Below, one piece after another: positions 29,508 through 40,794 of a stretch of 64,000 nucleotides of DNA. The translations under genes and the position numbers were made by a program. Within the stretch, counting starts at the first letter, position 1, and every line of letters begins with the position of its first letter. Below the pieces are notes generated by a model. The model searched no databases, was not told the origin of the DNA, and saw only the letters and a program-made list of their open reading frames with translations. This stretch comes from Candidatus Poribacteria bacterium (GTDB lineage: Bacteria; Poribacteria; WGA-4E; JAJDTR01), in assembly GCA_965222225.1 (NCBI GenBank), contig CBDCTK010000002.1:96001-160000 (forward strand), read 5' to 3'.

Positions 29508-31556
29508 ATGGCAGGTGCAAAGATACTGGTTGTTGAACATGAAAGCAGTGTCGCCACCTATGTCGTGGAATTGTTAGAAACCTTGGGGTATGTGGCTTCT
29601 AGTGTTGTGTGCACCGGGGAAGAAGCAATACAAAAAGCGGCGAAAACCCGTCCACAATTAGCGCTAATTGATATCACTTTGAAAGGTAAAATGGATGGCG
29701 TAGAGACGGGAGAACAGATACACAACCGCTTCAATATTCCTGTGGTTTATCTAACGGATCGTGCAAACGAAGACCTACTGAAGCGGGCAAAGATAACCGA
29801 ACCATTCGGCTATGTTCTCAAACCCGTTGAAGAAAGGCGATTGCACCTCAACATCGAAATTGCCCTCTACAGACATGAAACGGAACGGCGTTTCAGGGAG
29901 AGAGAGCAGTGGCTGTCTACTATTCTTAGAAGTATCGGCGATGCTGTAATCGCTGTAGACGAAGGCGGTATGGTGACTTTCATGAATCCGGTTGCCCAGG
30001 TTTTGACAGGCTGGCGACTAGAGGAGATTTCGGGAAAGCACCTGGCCGATATATTCCACGTTAGAACTGAAAAAACTAGCGTTCCAATCCAACACCACAT
30101 AATGGATGCGCTCCACAAAGGAACCATCGTTGGACGGACGGATCGTCATACCACGCTCATTTCCAAGGTTGGGCGAGAAACACCGATTGATTACAATGCT
30201 GCACCCCTCAGAGATGACCAGAACAACATCGTTGGCGTTGTAGTGGTCTTCCGTGACATTGCAAAGCGCACGCGAGCCGAAGACAAATTGAAGCAAACTG
30301 CCAACACGTTACGCAATCAAACCCAAATCATGCAATCTATCTTTGATAGCATCGGCGATGGCGTGGTCGTTGCGAATGAAAGCGGGGAATTCATGCTCTT
30401 CAATCCGAATGCAGAGCGGATTATCGGGATGAGCGAGACAGATACGTCGCCCGATCAGTGGTCGGAGAAATATGGGATATTTTCACCTGATCGTGTCACA
30501 CCTTTTGCGAGAGAGGAGCTCCCCTTGGTGCGAGCAATCAGAGGTGAAGCATCGGATGAAGTTGAGATGTTTGTGTGCAATCCCAAAGTGCCTGATGGCG
30601 TCTATGTCAGCGCCAGCGGAAGGCCGTTACACGAGGAATCGGGGGTGCCGAAAGGTGGTGTTGTTGTCTTTCGTGATATCACCGAGCGTAAGCGGGCAGA
30701 AGAGGCGTTGGCTCAGGCATTCTCGCGAGGGAGACTGGAAGTCGTAGACACCATCCTTCATAATATTGGCAATGCGATTAACAGTGTGACGATAGGAATA
30801 GGAACAATTCACGGACATTTGGTAAGGAACAGGTTAATGGGGCGTCTCCATGCGCTTGCGGATGCCGTCAGAGTAAATCAAGATGATTTAGCCAATTACA
30901 TAAAAAACGATCCGCAGGGCAAGCAGGTAGCTCCATTCGTCGTTGCTCTTGCCGAAGACTTTGCCGAACAGAATGAAAAGTTGAAAAAAACTGTCGCCCG
31001 CGTCGGTGATAGGGTCGAACACATTGCAGATATTGTACGCATGCAAAAGTCGCTTGGGCGACGAAATGTCGATCGTAAAGATATCAACCTTCGAAAGGCT
31101 ATTGCGGATGCGGTTAAGGTACTTCAAGAGTCGATTAAGAAGCGAGACATTGAGGTTCATGTTGATTGCGAAAACGCTCCAAGCGAGATCCGGATTCAGG
31201 AAAGTCAGTTTCACCAGATGTTGGTCAACTTAATCAAGAACTCGATCGAAGCTATCGACGAACTTGCTGAATCGAGCGGGTTAAGAACAACGCCCAGCAT
31301 CAAAGTCAGATCTTTTATCCAACCGGGATTTCTTACCCTAGAAGTGGTTGACAACGGCATCGGAATCGAAAAGAAAAAATTTAAGGTTATCTTTGGCGCC
31401 GGCTATACAACCAAACAATCGGGGAGCGGTCTCGGTCTTCATTCAATTGCGAATTTCGTTATCGGTTCAGGGGGGAAGATACAGCCCTTGAGTGACGGAA
31501 TCGGAAGAGGAACAACCATGCGGGTCATACTGCCGCTGTCCACAATCAAGGTGTAG
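29508..31556 (+). CDS. Cytoplasmic hybrid sensor kinase REC-PAS-PAS-HisKA-HATPase
   Basis: N-terminal receiver (LIDI...KP), two PAS/PAC domains, LHNIGNAIN H-box, DNGIGI and GSGLGL boxes; no TM segment. Confidence 0.9.
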   Translation: MAGAKILVVEHESSVATYVVELLETLGYVASSVVCTGEEAIQKAAKTRPQLALIDITLKGKMDGVETGEQIHNRFNIPVVYLTDRANEDLLKRAKITEPFGYVLKPVEERRLHLNIEIALYRHETERRFREREQWLSTILRSIGDAVIAVDEGGMVTFMNPVAQVLTGWRLEEISGKHLADIFHVRTEKTSVPIQHHIMDALHKGTIVGRTDRHTTLISKVGRETPIDYNAAPLRDDQNNIVGVVVVFRDIAKRTRAEDKLKQTANTLRNQTQIMQSIFDSIGDGVVVANESGEFMLFNPNAERIIGMSETDTSPDQWSEKYGIFSPDRVTPFAREELPLVRAIRGEASDEVEMFVCNPKVPDGVYVSASGRPLHEESGVPKGGVVVFRDITERKRAEEALAQAFSRGRLEVVDTILHNIGNAINSVTIGIGTIHGHLVRNRLMGRLHALADAVRVNQDDLANYIKNDPQGKQVAPFVVALAEDFAEQNEKLKKTVARVGDRVEHIADIVRMQKSLGRRNVDRKDINLRKAIADAVKVLQESIKKRDIEVHVDCENAPSEIRIQESQFHQMLVNLIKNSIEAIDELAESSGLRTTPSIKVRSFIQPGFLTLEVVDNGIGIEKKKFKVIFGAGYTTKQSGSGLGLHSIANFVIGSGGKIQPLSDGIGRGTTMRVILPLSTIKV

Positions 31557-31784
31557 ATACGTGCGAGGGCTGTCAAGGGATGTATCAACCAACACACGGC
31601 CCGCCTCCCTTCACTCCCCTCACCTCCGCAAGTTTCATGTCGGTTCAAGTTTGATGGGTTTTCAAAAAGATGAGTGTTTCAACCCATTGGGAGCGAAGGC
31701 AAGTCAACCTTCTGAATTCAATTTACAAATTTGCCTCAGTCCAACCGGCAATGGCGAGGCATATCCGAACCGCGAGGAAGTTCA

Positions 31785-33695
31785 ATGGAATCTAGAGATG
31801 ATTGGAACAACCGCGTCCTCATTGTTGACGATCAGGAGGAAATCCATGACGATTTCGAGGAGATTCTGAGACCTAGCTTATCAGACGCTTCGACCGACGA
31901 ATTAGCGAAATCCTTTGTCTCCGAGGTGGATGATGACTTCTTACCTGAGTTTGAGCTTTTTCATGCGAGAAGCGGAGAAGAAGCCTACGAGATTGTCAAA
32001 GCGGCAAGAGAATCGAATTGTCCCATTGCCGTTGCCCACATTGATGTCAGAATGCCGCCGGGCATTGACGGCATCGAAACCACGCGCAAGATTAGACAGA
32101 TCGAGAAAGACATCGAAATCGTAATCATGACTGCTTACACTGACAAATCTCTCTCCGAGATTGTTCGTGACATGGAATTGCTGCATAAGTTGCTCTATAT
32201 CAGAAAACCGTTTGCGCGCGAGGAAATTCAGCAGACAACGCTTTCCCTCGTAGAAAAGTGGAATGTTGAACAGGAATTGGCAGAGAAGCGCCGGCAACTT
32301 ACCGATAGCAACCAGAGACTGGAAGCCGTCCTTGATTCCACTGGCGATGCCATCGGGATGTTCGATATCAAAGGCAGGTTACTGTTTGCCAATCTATGGT
32401 ACGAAGATCTGTTTGATGTGACGGAAGAAGAACTGAAGCAGATGTCGTCGGAGGAACTAAGAGGATGTGTTAACGACCATTTTCAAATACCCGATCTTCT
32501 CGATACCGAGAGAAGTTCGTTCTCAGAAAGTCGAGGTGATATAGTCGAAGCAATTACGGACAGTAATACTTCTAGGCGGAAGCTGTTTTATCAATCGGAA
32601 GCTCCCGTGCGTGACAGTCAAAAGAAAGTTATGGGTAAGATTGTCGTGTATCGCGACATGTCCAAGGAGCTGAAAATTGAGCAGATGAAAGCCGAGGTTC
32701 TTCGCTTACGAACCGAACTTGAAACAGTTTATTCGTTTGACGGAATCATCGGCAAGAGCAAGAAGATGCAGGAAGTGTACGCCTTGATGCAGCAGGCGGC
32801 AGACAGCAACATTACGGTGCTCATTCGAGGAGAAAGCGGCACCGGCAAGGAACTCGTCGCCAAATCAATCCATTTCAACAGCCGTCGCAAAACCGGTCCC
32901 TTTGTCGCCGTCGATTGCGCTGCCATTCCGGAGACGCTCATAGAAAGTGAACTCTTTGGGCATGAACGCGGTGCGTTTACAGGAGCATCAACGCGACGAA
33001 TCGGGAAATTTGAAAGCGCCGACGGTGGCACAATCTTCTTAGACGAGATTGGGGAAATGCAACCCGCGCTGCAAGCCAAATTATTACGCGTGCTACAGGA
33101 ACGGGAAATCCAGCGCGTGGGCGGCTCAACGAATATCGATATAGACATTCGCGTGATTGCGGCAACTAACAAAGACCTTGAAGCCGCAGTCAAAGCTGGC
33201 GAATTCCGCGAGGATCTTTTCTATCGTATTGCTGCTTTTCCAATGGTGATTCCACCCCTCAGAGAACGAATCGAAGATGTCGCCCGGCTAGCCGAACATT
33301 TTTTGAAAAAACACGCCGCAAACATGGACAAATCAATACGTGAAATCTCCAGCAAAGCGCTGCACCTATTGATAGGTCATGATTGGCCCGGCAACGTGCG
33401 CGAACTGGAAAACGCCATGGAGCGCGCCGTTCTCTTGGAGAAAACCGATGTACTTCAGGAAACCAACCTGCCGACACACATCTATTCCGACGTAATTCCA
33501 CAGCAGGTATACGGTAGTGAACGTTCTAACTTGGCACAAGAGATAATTCCGCTGGACGAAGTTGAGAAGCAGTCGCTGATGCACGCGCTAGAGTTCACTG
33601 ACAATAGTATAACAAAAGCTGCGCATGCGTTGGGAATCAGCCGAGCCACAATCCATAGGAAATTGAAGCAATATCGCCTGCTTGCCGAAGATTGA
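31785..33695 (+). CDS. Sigma54-dependent activator REC-PAS-AAA+-Fis HTH
   Basis: [30 protein letters not shown]-terminal HTH. Confidence 0.92.
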   Translation: MESRDDWNNRVLIVDDQEEIHDDFEEILRPSLSDASTDELAKSFVSEVDDDFLPEFELFHARSGEEAYEIVKAARESNCPIAVAHIDVRMPPGIDGIETTRKIRQIEKDIEIVIMTAYTDKSLSEIVRDMELLHKLLYIRKPFAREEIQQTTLSLVEKWNVEQELAEKRRQLTDSNQRLEAVLDSTGDAIGMFDIKGRLLFANLWYEDLFDVTEEELKQMSSEELRGCVNDHFQIPDLLDTERSSFSESRGDIVEAITDSNTSRRKLFYQSEAPVRDSQKKVMGKIVVYRDMSKELKIEQMKAEVLRLRTELETVYSFDGIIGKSKKMQEVYALMQQAADSNITVLIRGESGTGKELVAKSIHFNSRRKTGPFVAVDCAAIPETLIESELFGHERGAFTGASTRRIGKFESADGGTIFLDEIGEMQPALQAKLLRVLQEREIQRVGGSTNIDIDIRVIAATNKDLEAAVKAGEFREDLFYRIAAFPMVIPPLRERIEDVARLAEHFLKKHAANMDKSIREISSKALHLLIGHDWPGNVRELENAMERAVLLEKTDVLQETNLPTHIYSDVIPQQVYGSERSNLAQEIIPLDEVEKQSLMHALEFTDNSITKAAHALGISRATIHRKLKQYRLLAED

Positions 33696-33969
33696 CACGG
33701 CGACAAAATGCGTAAGCCGCGATTGAGATAGGCTCCATGTTTAGGCTGGAGCATAAATCGGGCGGCAATCATCTAAAGTGCCAACGGTTGCTTTTTCATT
33801 GATGAAACTTGGTGATAACAGGTTAGCGACGGTCGCTCGTAACTGTAAAAAGCATTGCTGTCATTTCTTCCAATCGTCCCATCTACTATATCCGCTTCGA
33901 AAAAAGATACACTTATATTGACGTAATGAATGTATGTAAATAACGTACGTCTGTAAATTTCCCGTCTGG

Positions 33970-34016
33970 TACAAAATGTGTCACTTTAAAAAAGATCGCG
34001 TTACAAAATGTGACAC
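33970..34016. promoter_or_regulatory. Paired 15-bp boxes, candidate enhancer (UAS) sites
   Basis: TACAAAATGTGTCAC (33970) and TACAAAATGTGACAC (34002), 32 bp apart. Confidence 0.55.
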
Positions 34017-34371
34017 GTCTGCACAGCATCCCCGTATGCTGCCTGAGCAGCCATCGTAATTAGCTTACCTAGCCTTTCGACTCTGCACCTATCTTCCAAG
34101 TCTGGTAATCGGTGTGTCGGTGTACCTGAAATCAATGCAACATTGACGTCACAACTTGTTGATTCAGCGTTTCCTCATCGCAATTTCCCGCCAGTTTGTG
34201 CGCATTGTCACTACGTTTGTCTACCACTCGACGTTCGTTCTCCATTGCTTCGCAAGTTCAATTTCTGCCTGAAAGCGTCTCAGCCAACCTAACTTCCAAT
34301 TTACGTGTGATATGGAGGCCCAGAGAATAACCGAAGACAAGAACCAAGCACACCAACTCGTCTCAATTCAG

Positions 34372-34388
34372 TTGGCACACTTTATGCG
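34372..34388 (+). promoter_or_regulatory. Sigma54 (-24/-12) promoter
   Basis: TTGGCACACTTTATGCG has GG-N10-GC spacing and a TGGCAC core, upstream of the 34523 gene. Confidence 0.65.
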
Positions 34389-34522
34389 CGCGCTGTCTAG
34401 AAGTTACCCCTTGTCATCTGAACAGAAATGGTTGAGATGAAAGGGCGGTAACCAAACGACACGCTTCAACGTTCTATTTCGTAACTCTCAGCAAGCAAGT
34501 TCTACACAGCAGAGGCATAAAA

Positions 34523-35659
34523 GTGAGCAATACGGAGTTGCTAAGGAAAATGGATCAAACAACCGAGCCGCTACTCCCTTCAGTCGAACCTATCAATTAC
34601 GTACATACTCTCCACGAAGCCCTGAGACATCGCGGCGAAGACGTTTCTTATGCGTATGTCATGGGCGTTTCCGGCGAAGCCTTTCGATTTCTTTATAATC
34701 GCTCTGACCCCGAAGCGGGAATGAAAACCTTTTTTCACAACCCGTTACGCGCGGCATGTCGATCACTCGGGTATAAACATGAAGTCGCACACGACGAAAC
34801 CTACCAGTCTGCGTCAGAACGGCTTCAGGAGAATATCGGCACTGGAAGGCCCGCGTTAATCCCGTTTGGAGATTCCTGTCCGTTTGTCAGCAAACACACG
34901 ACTTCCGGACGGCTTGTCTGTCAAAATGGATACCGCTATGAACTGAATACCGACGACCTGCATACCAAATGGCAGCTTCAGAACGGGTTTCTAGAGCTCG
35001 GTCCCAAGGGCTATTACCAGTTCATAATTGGCGATCGCGAACGCGAGCCCAAGCCGCGAGAAGCTGCATTAGGTGCCTTGCGAGTCGCCACGAAGATGAT
35101 GCGTGCACGACAAAAAGTCCAGGGATGTGCAATGGGGCTTGCCGCTTACAACGAACTCATCGCGCAGTTGATGGGCATGCTCTCACGAAGAAAACCGCTG
35201 ACTCCACACGATGTTCAGCGAATTGCAAAGTGGAATAATCAACCGATTTCCCAAGCGATCGGCACACGACAATTGGCGGTCGAATATCTTGAGCTAGTCC
35301 GAAAACAATTCGAGGATGAGGAACTGGAACACTTGGATAAAGCAATCGCGTCGTACATAAAAGTAGGCGCGCTGCTCCGTAGACTCCAGACAATTTTGCC
35401 CTCGGTAGACACATCACCTAATGCGAATTCGCCTTCGGACGAGCCGTCGACAACTCCGACCAGTTTCTCTAGCCTCTTTCGGATTCAGGCACCGATGTTC
35501 GTTCAACTCCAGGCGGCAAGCGGACAAGCCGTGGTTAAAGAATCCAAACCGAGATATCGATTGGCAATCAAAGTGCTTTTAAGAATCGTCCGAGCGGAAA
35601 CGAAAGCCATCTCTGAGATTGAGAAAATCCTCCAGCTCAGCGAAAAGATGAAAATGTAA
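34523..35659 (+). CDS. Hypothetical protein (N-terminus reminiscent of BtrH_N/C39-like folds)
   Basis: 378-aa ORF; YAYVMGVSGEAFRF motif; followed by a terminator. Confidence 0.6.
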   Translation: MSNTELLRKMDQTTEPLLPSVEPINYVHTLHEALRHRGEDVSYAYVMGVSGEAFRFLYNRSDPEAGMKTFFHNPLRAACRSLGYKHEVAHDETYQSASERLQENIGTGRPALIPFGDSCPFVSKHTTSGRLVCQNGYRYELNTDDLHTKWQLQNGFLELGPKGYYQFIIGDREREPKPREAALGALRVATKMMRARQKVQGCAMGLAAYNELIAQLMGMLSRRKPLTPHDVQRIAKWNNQPISQAIGTRQLAVEYLELVRKQFEDEELEHLDKAIASYIKVGALLRRLQTILPSVDTSPNANSPSDEPSTTPTSFSSLFRIQAPMFVQLQAASGQAVVKESKPRYRLAIKVLLRIVRAETKAISEIEKILQLSEKMKM

Positions 35660-35689
35660 CATCGTTTCGTTGGAAGATAATCCTCCATC

Positions 35690-35731
35690 GGAAAGATCGG
35701 CAATCGTCAAATTGCCGGTCTTTCCTTTCTT
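35690..35731 (+). terminator. Intrinsic terminator
   Basis: GGAAAGATCGGCAAT / ATTGCCGGTCTTTCC stem plus T-rich tail. Confidence 0.65.
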
Positions 35732-35923
35732 CGGAAAAGATTTTCGATGATGATTTCATGGGCGCTGAGGGAAATAAGACAGTATCTTTACCTTCCTGAA
35801 ATCCTCGCGGCGACCTTCTTCATTCCTTCCTAAACTGCCTACTATCCACCAACATTGATGAGATTGTTTGCTCGTCTACCCTTAGGTATCGCGTCGAGAA
35901 TCTCAATATAAGGGGAGTCACTA

Positions 35924-38353
35924 ATGAACTATTTCGTTAGATTACTCAGCTATGCACGACCCTATCTCTTCAGGCTGAGTTTTGTATTCTTACTCATCCT
36001 TCTGTTGGGACAAGCAGGGCTTTTCATGCCCCTTATGCAGAAGTTTATCATTGACGACATTTTGATGCGCTCTAGAGAACCACTCGCAAGTGTCGATTTG
36101 ATTCATCAAAACGATCTGGACACGAGTCAAGGGCTTTCAGTTGAACTCTTGAGGTATCTCGAAACCGAAGGGATTTCGCTGTCACGAGACACCACAGTAT
36201 CAATTGAAAAGGCGGGACGCAGGTGGAAACTCATTGATAACGAGACAGGGGAAGAGTACGCCGTTGAACGAAGTGTTTTTGAGATGAAATCAGAAGCAGC
36301 GGACTATCTAAGTCAACTTGGCAGTGTTCCGGTTGACTGGAGCCAGCGGTTGAAGGATCGCGGCGTTCAACTCTCCCGAACGGCTACCATTGAAGTTGCT
36401 GAGGACAACGATGGCTGGACAATCACCGATAACGCCAAAGACCTCACAGTTCTGCCCGATGGAGACGAACTCATCGTCTACGAGGGAGAGCTCGAAATCT
36501 ACTCCGGGACGTTTACTTTCACCGTTCCGGACGAGTGGCGCCGTCGGTTGAAAGATCGCAGCGTTCTTCTATCACCAAAAGCCACCGTAGCGGCCGCGGA
36601 TGGTGGCGCCGGATGGACAATCACCGACAACGGCAAGTACCTCACGGTACTGCGTGATGAGGATAAACTCATCGTCTACGAAGGCGAGTTCAAAATCTAC
36701 GCAGGCACGATTGCTTTCACTTTTCTCGGTAAAAGGTACACTCGTACGCCCGTAGGTTGGCTCATTGCCGCACTGGTTGTGATTGTCAGTTTTTTTGCAG
36801 TGCTCTCCATTCTCCGCTACCTTCAGACCTACTCAATGACATGGGTGAGTCAACGCATCTTATTTGACCTACGAAACCACGTCTTTTCACACCTGCAATC
36901 GTTATCCATGCGGTTCTACGATCTTAAAGGAACTGGCCAGATTCTTTCTCGCGTGAGAGAGGATGTTGCGGCTCTACGCTCGCTGGTTACCACGACCTCA
37001 ATTGATATCATCACCGATATGGTAACCGTTATCGTGATGCTGGTATTTATGTTCAGTTGGCATTGGAAACTGACTCTTCTATCCTTGGCTGTTATGCCGT
37101 TAATTATAGGAAATTATTTCTTCTTTATTCGCCGACTGCGTCCGATATGGCGCCAGTGGCGCGATAAATGGGCAGATATTTCGACAGGTTTGCATGAAGC
37201 GGTTGCAGGTGCGAAGGTGGTCAAGGCTTTTGGTCGGGAGCGTCATCATGAGTTAAAACTGTTCCGCGATATGCGAACCACCTTTGAGTGGGAGATTAAA
37301 GTGACTCGGGATCGGACTGCGATGCAACGAATTGCAATGTTTTTTCGGACACTCGGTAGAGGTGTCGTACTTTCTTATGGCGGTTATCTCGTTGTACAGG
37401 GGGACTTTACCGTCGGATCAATGATTGCTTTCATCGCATTCCTAGAGCGGCTTCAACGGCCAATCATGAGTCTCATTAACATCAATGCAACCATTCAAGA
37501 AGCTATGGTGTCCACGGAACGCGTCTTCGGTCTACTCGATTCGGAACCTACCGTCGAGGAAACGCAAGATGCAATTGCCCTACCTGAGATTCGTGGACAT
37601 GTGAAGTTTGACAATGTCCAGTTTAGCTACGAACCGGAAAATCCGGTGTTGCACGACATTTGCATTGAGGCACAACCGGGCATGATGATTGCCCTTGTTG
37701 GACCGTCAGGATGCGGAAAAACGACCGTAGCGAACCTCATCGCGAGGTTCTACGATCCAACAGGCGGTTCAATTCGCATTGATGATTATGACCTGCGAGA
37801 TGTGACAATTAAATCGATACGCAGCCAAATGGGGATCGTTTTGCAGGAGAACTTCCTGTTCGACGGATCCGTCGCAGAAAACATCCGCTTCGGACGTCCC
37901 AATGCTACTGATGAAGAGATCGTGGGTGCCGCGCTAGCCGCCAATGCCCACCAGTTTATCGTGGAGCAACTTCCGGAGGGATATGAAACTAAGGTAGGTG
38001 AGCGAGGTATGCGACTCTCCGGTGGGCAGAAGCAACGTCTATCCATCGCACGCACCATCCTGCGCGACCCGCGTATCTTAATCCTTGACGAAGCGACTTC
38101 CAGCTTGGACACACAATCCGAAGAACAGATACAGCAGGCGCTTGATCGCTTGATGAAATCGAGAACGTCATTCGTCATCGCGCATAGACTCTCCACGGTT
38201 CTAAAAGCGGATATGATTGTTGTTATGGAAGAGGGAAGGATTGTTGAAGCAGGCACCCATGAGCAATTGATGGAAACGGAGGGCATGTACGCGGGCATGT
38301 ATAACAAACAGTTCAAAACCAAGAGCGAAGGTGAGGATTCGTGGTTGGAGTAA
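35924..38353 (+). CDS. ABC exporter (fused TMD-NBD, MsbA/Sav1866-like) with a large repeat insertion after TM1
   Basis: GPSGCGKTT, LSGGQKQR, ILDEATSSLD, IAHRLST; ~230-aa soluble insert with three related repeats. Confidence 0.92.
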   Translation: MNYFVRLLSYARPYLFRLSFVFLLILLLGQAGLFMPLMQKFIIDDILMRSREPLASVDLIHQNDLDTSQGLSVELLRYLETEGISLSRDTTVSIEKAGRRWKLIDNETGEEYAVERSVFEMKSEAADYLSQLGSVPVDWSQRLKDRGVQLSRTATIEVAEDNDGWTITDNAKDLTVLPDGDELIVYEGELEIYSGTFTFTVPDEWRRRLKDRSVLLSPKATVAAADGGAGWTITDNGKYLTVLRDEDKLIVYEGEFKIYAGTIAFTFLGKRYTRTPVGWLIAALVVIVSFFAVLSILRYLQTYSMTWVSQRILFDLRNHVFSHLQSLSMRFYDLKGTGQILSRVREDVAALRSLVTTTSIDIITDMVTVIVMLVFMFSWHWKLTLLSLAVMPLIIGNYFFFIRRLRPIWRQWRDKWADISTGLHEAVAGAKVVKAFGRERHHELKLFRDMRTTFEWEIKVTRDRTAMQRIAMFFRTLGRGVVLSYGGYLVVQGDFTVGSMIAFIAFLERLQRPIMSLININATIQEAMVSTERVFGLLDSEPTVEETQDAIALPEIRGHVKFDNVQFSYEPENPVLHDICIEAQPGMMIALVGPSGCGKTTVANLIARFYDPTGGSIRIDDYDLRDVTIKSIRSQMGIVLQENFLFDGSVAENIRFGRPNATDEEIVGAALAANAHQFIVEQLPEGYETKVGERGMRLSGGQKQRLSIARTILRDPRILILDEATSSLDTQSEEQIQQALDRLMKSRTSFVIAHRLSTVLKADMIVVMEEGRIVEAGTHEQLMETEGMYAGMYNKQFKTKSEGEDSWLE

Positions 38354-38524
38354 AGGGAGAACTCCTGTATAACCATCTTTTTCCGATGTGGGCGGTAAGA
38401 ATAGTACACGGGAAGGTTGGAATGATGGAAGGATGGATGAAATGGTTTCACAAGATGAATCGGCGAGCAGCAAAGGCTTTGAGTGTTCAGCTCTGAGAGC
38501 CGTAGAATCTGAAAAAAGTTCAGA

Positions 38525-40588
38525 ATGGTAACCGAGACACTACTGGAGCGGTGGACAGGTAGGGTAATCTTTATTTTGATTGTTCTGCTGTTCACCCCGA
38601 TTATAGCCGTGGGTCAAAGTCCTAACCGCATTATTGAAGCAAAGTGGTTGGATAGTCCGCCCGTTATTGATGGCGCTCTGTCTGAAAGCGTCTGGGGACA
38701 AGCCGAAATTGCCACCGATTTCTTCCGTGCGAAACAAACGCGCGGCATTCCGGCAAAGTTGAATACCAAGGCGATGATATTGTATGATGCCGATGCGCTC
38801 TACATCGGTGTGCATTGCGATGAGCCGAATATGAAGAACCTACGCGAGACACAGACGCGTCGTGATGCTTGGCTGCTTGGGGACGACACCTTCAATGTGT
38901 TGCTAGACACCTATAATGATCAACGTAACTGCTATGTATTGGCGGTCAACACGCTAGGAACACAGATGGATCGAAGAGTCAGTAATGAAACTAGATTTGA
39001 TCCGGCATGGAACGCGAACTGGGAGGCAAAGGTACAGAAAAATGGCAATCATTGGACGGCAGAAATGGCGATCCCTTTCAGTGAACTCCGGTTTAATCCG
39101 CAGATGACAACTTGGGGCATCAATTTCTGGAGGCCCCATCCGATGGAAGGGGAACACTATTCTTGGTCGGACACCGGTGGCAGCTTGAGTCGAGTATCAG
39201 AGTTTGGGAAGCTCGCGAACCTAGATTTTTCGAGAATCAACACGGATCGAAAAGTTGGAATTCTTCCTTACATCTCCCTTCGCGCTGCGACACAAGGAGA
39301 CAGCGATCAGAGTGCGGGATTAGATTTCATCATCCCGATGTCAACAAACATCACCACGAACGTAACTTTCAATCCGGAATTCTCGCAACTGGAAGCCGAC
39401 CCAACCCGTATCAACATTTCAACCGATCGAGAGCTGTTCCTGCCTGAACGCCGCCCGTTTTTCCGTGAGGGAGCGGAACTGTTTGACCTTCCGCTCAACC
39501 TATTTTACACACGTCGCGTGCAAGATATAGATTATGGCGTGAAATCTACAGGGCGAGTAGGTGACTATAACTTAGCGTTAATCGACACCTATGGCACGAT
39601 GATAGATCGGTACGACGACGACAAGAAGAAGCAAGCAAACCTATTCGTGGCGCGGGTCAACCGGAACATTGGTGAACGCTCTATGATTGGGGCGATGGGA
39701 ATTCAGAAACATCAGGCGGATCGCGACGTTGCCCTGCTCTCGGTTGATGGTCGATTCGCGCTTCATCGTGACTGGGTAGCTAGATCGCAGTATGTCGTGG
39801 ACTCGCTAAACGGCGAGGCGCATTCAGCGTACCACACTTCAGTGAACTGGAATCATGAAAGTGGTTGGGGTGGTCGGATTCGCCTTGACGAGATTGAGGA
39901 TGGTTTCCGACCCAACGAAACCGGATTGGAAGAGGAGGCATTCCGAAACCTGAATAGCCGGTTGTGGTACAGGTATCGTTTTGATGAAGAAAGCGCGATA
40001 CGCTCGGTATACATCCGTGGTCACCATTCTCATCAAACCGATACTCAAAAACTGTTACGTCACCGTCGCGTAGGTCTGTCGGGCAAAATTGGAGTCGGAA
40101 GATTCGACGTCTATTCCTACGGCAGGTATGGTGAGCAACGCGACGAGGGTCAACTTTACGACAGGAAACGGATCGGTACGCGACTTAGTTATCGTCCAAA
40201 ATGGGGACGCGTGCAACTTTCAAACGAAGTTGGTACACGCCAAGACAACTTCAATCGGTACACCAAGTTTTCGACGGACCTCAACCTCTTTAGCAAATTA
40301 ACAGTCAATTTTGACCTAAGTAATTTTTTCTGGCGCGACCATCAAAACACGCTTATCTTCCGTCTCCGAGGAAACTATCAATTTACTCGACAGATTGGCT
40401 GGCGAGTGTTTGTGGAACGAGTAGATGAACGCCTAGACAAGATCGTCAGCTACAATTTCAATTCAATCTTCGATTACCAGTTCACTCCCGAGAGTCGTCT
40501 CTTCGTCGTCCTGGCGGATAATACCGACGGGGAGCGCGCCGTACTCACCAAAATGTCCTACCTCTTTGAATCCGATTTTCCATTCTAA
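38525..40588 (+). CDS. CBM9-like domain plus DUF5916-type outer-membrane beta-barrel protein
   Basis: PVIDG.L.E..W, YDADALYIG, WTAEMAIPFSELRF, NPEFSQLEAD, PERRPFFREG; alternating beta strands; terminal Phe. Confidence 0.8.
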   Translation: MVTETLLERWTGRVIFILIVLLFTPIIAVGQSPNRIIEAKWLDSPPVIDGALSESVWGQAEIATDFFRAKQTRGIPAKLNTKAMILYDADALYIGVHCDEPNMKNLRETQTRRDAWLLGDDTFNVLLDTYNDQRNCYVLAVNTLGTQMDRRVSNETRFDPAWNANWEAKVQKNGNHWTAEMAIPFSELRFNPQMTTWGINFWRPHPMEGEHYSWSDTGGSLSRVSEFGKLANLDFSRINTDRKVGILPYISLRAATQGDSDQSAGLDFIIPMSTNITTNVTFNPEFSQLEADPTRINISTDRELFLPERRPFFREGAELFDLPLNLFYTRRVQDIDYGVKSTGRVGDYNLALIDTYGTMIDRYDDDKKKQANLFVARVNRNIGERSMIGAMGIQKHQADRDVALLSVDGRFALHRDWVARSQYVVDSLNGEAHSAYHTSVNWNHESGWGGRIRLDEIEDGFRPNETGLEEEAFRNLNSRLWYRYRFDEESAIRSVYIRGHHSHQTDTQKLLRHRRVGLSGKIGVGRFDVYSYGRYGEQRDEGQLYDRKRIGTRLSYRPKWGRVQLSNEVGTRQDNFNRYTKFSTDLNLFSKLTVNFDLSNFFWRDHQNTLIFRLRGNYQFTRQIGWRVFVERVDERLDKIVSYNFNSIFDYQFTPESRLFVVLADNTDGERAVLTKMSYLFESDFPF

Positions 40589-40794
40589 CCTGCGTCGCGA
40601 AGGCAGCCAGATTCATCGCAGCGCGTCATATACCTAGCATAAGAAGGTAGCTGGGCACTCCTGCTGAGAAGATTTGGACCGTGTAAGCCACTTGCGAATC
40701 TACCCGTCAATGTGGTAAAATATCTATTTGAAAACCCAAAACATTCCAACTGAATCTATCACTTCACCTATTTCCTTGAGAGGTGCAAATTTAC

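Noticed and set aside
38409-38446. GGAA-rich runs (also ~17021, ~17610, ~35815)
   Set aside because: Short degenerate low-complexity intergenic repeats with no definable unit or function.
37786-38595. 269-aa antisense ORF and similar shadow ORFs (e.g. 26687-26929, 32729-33193)
   Set aside because: They lie opposite well-supported genes and lack RBS or family motifs.
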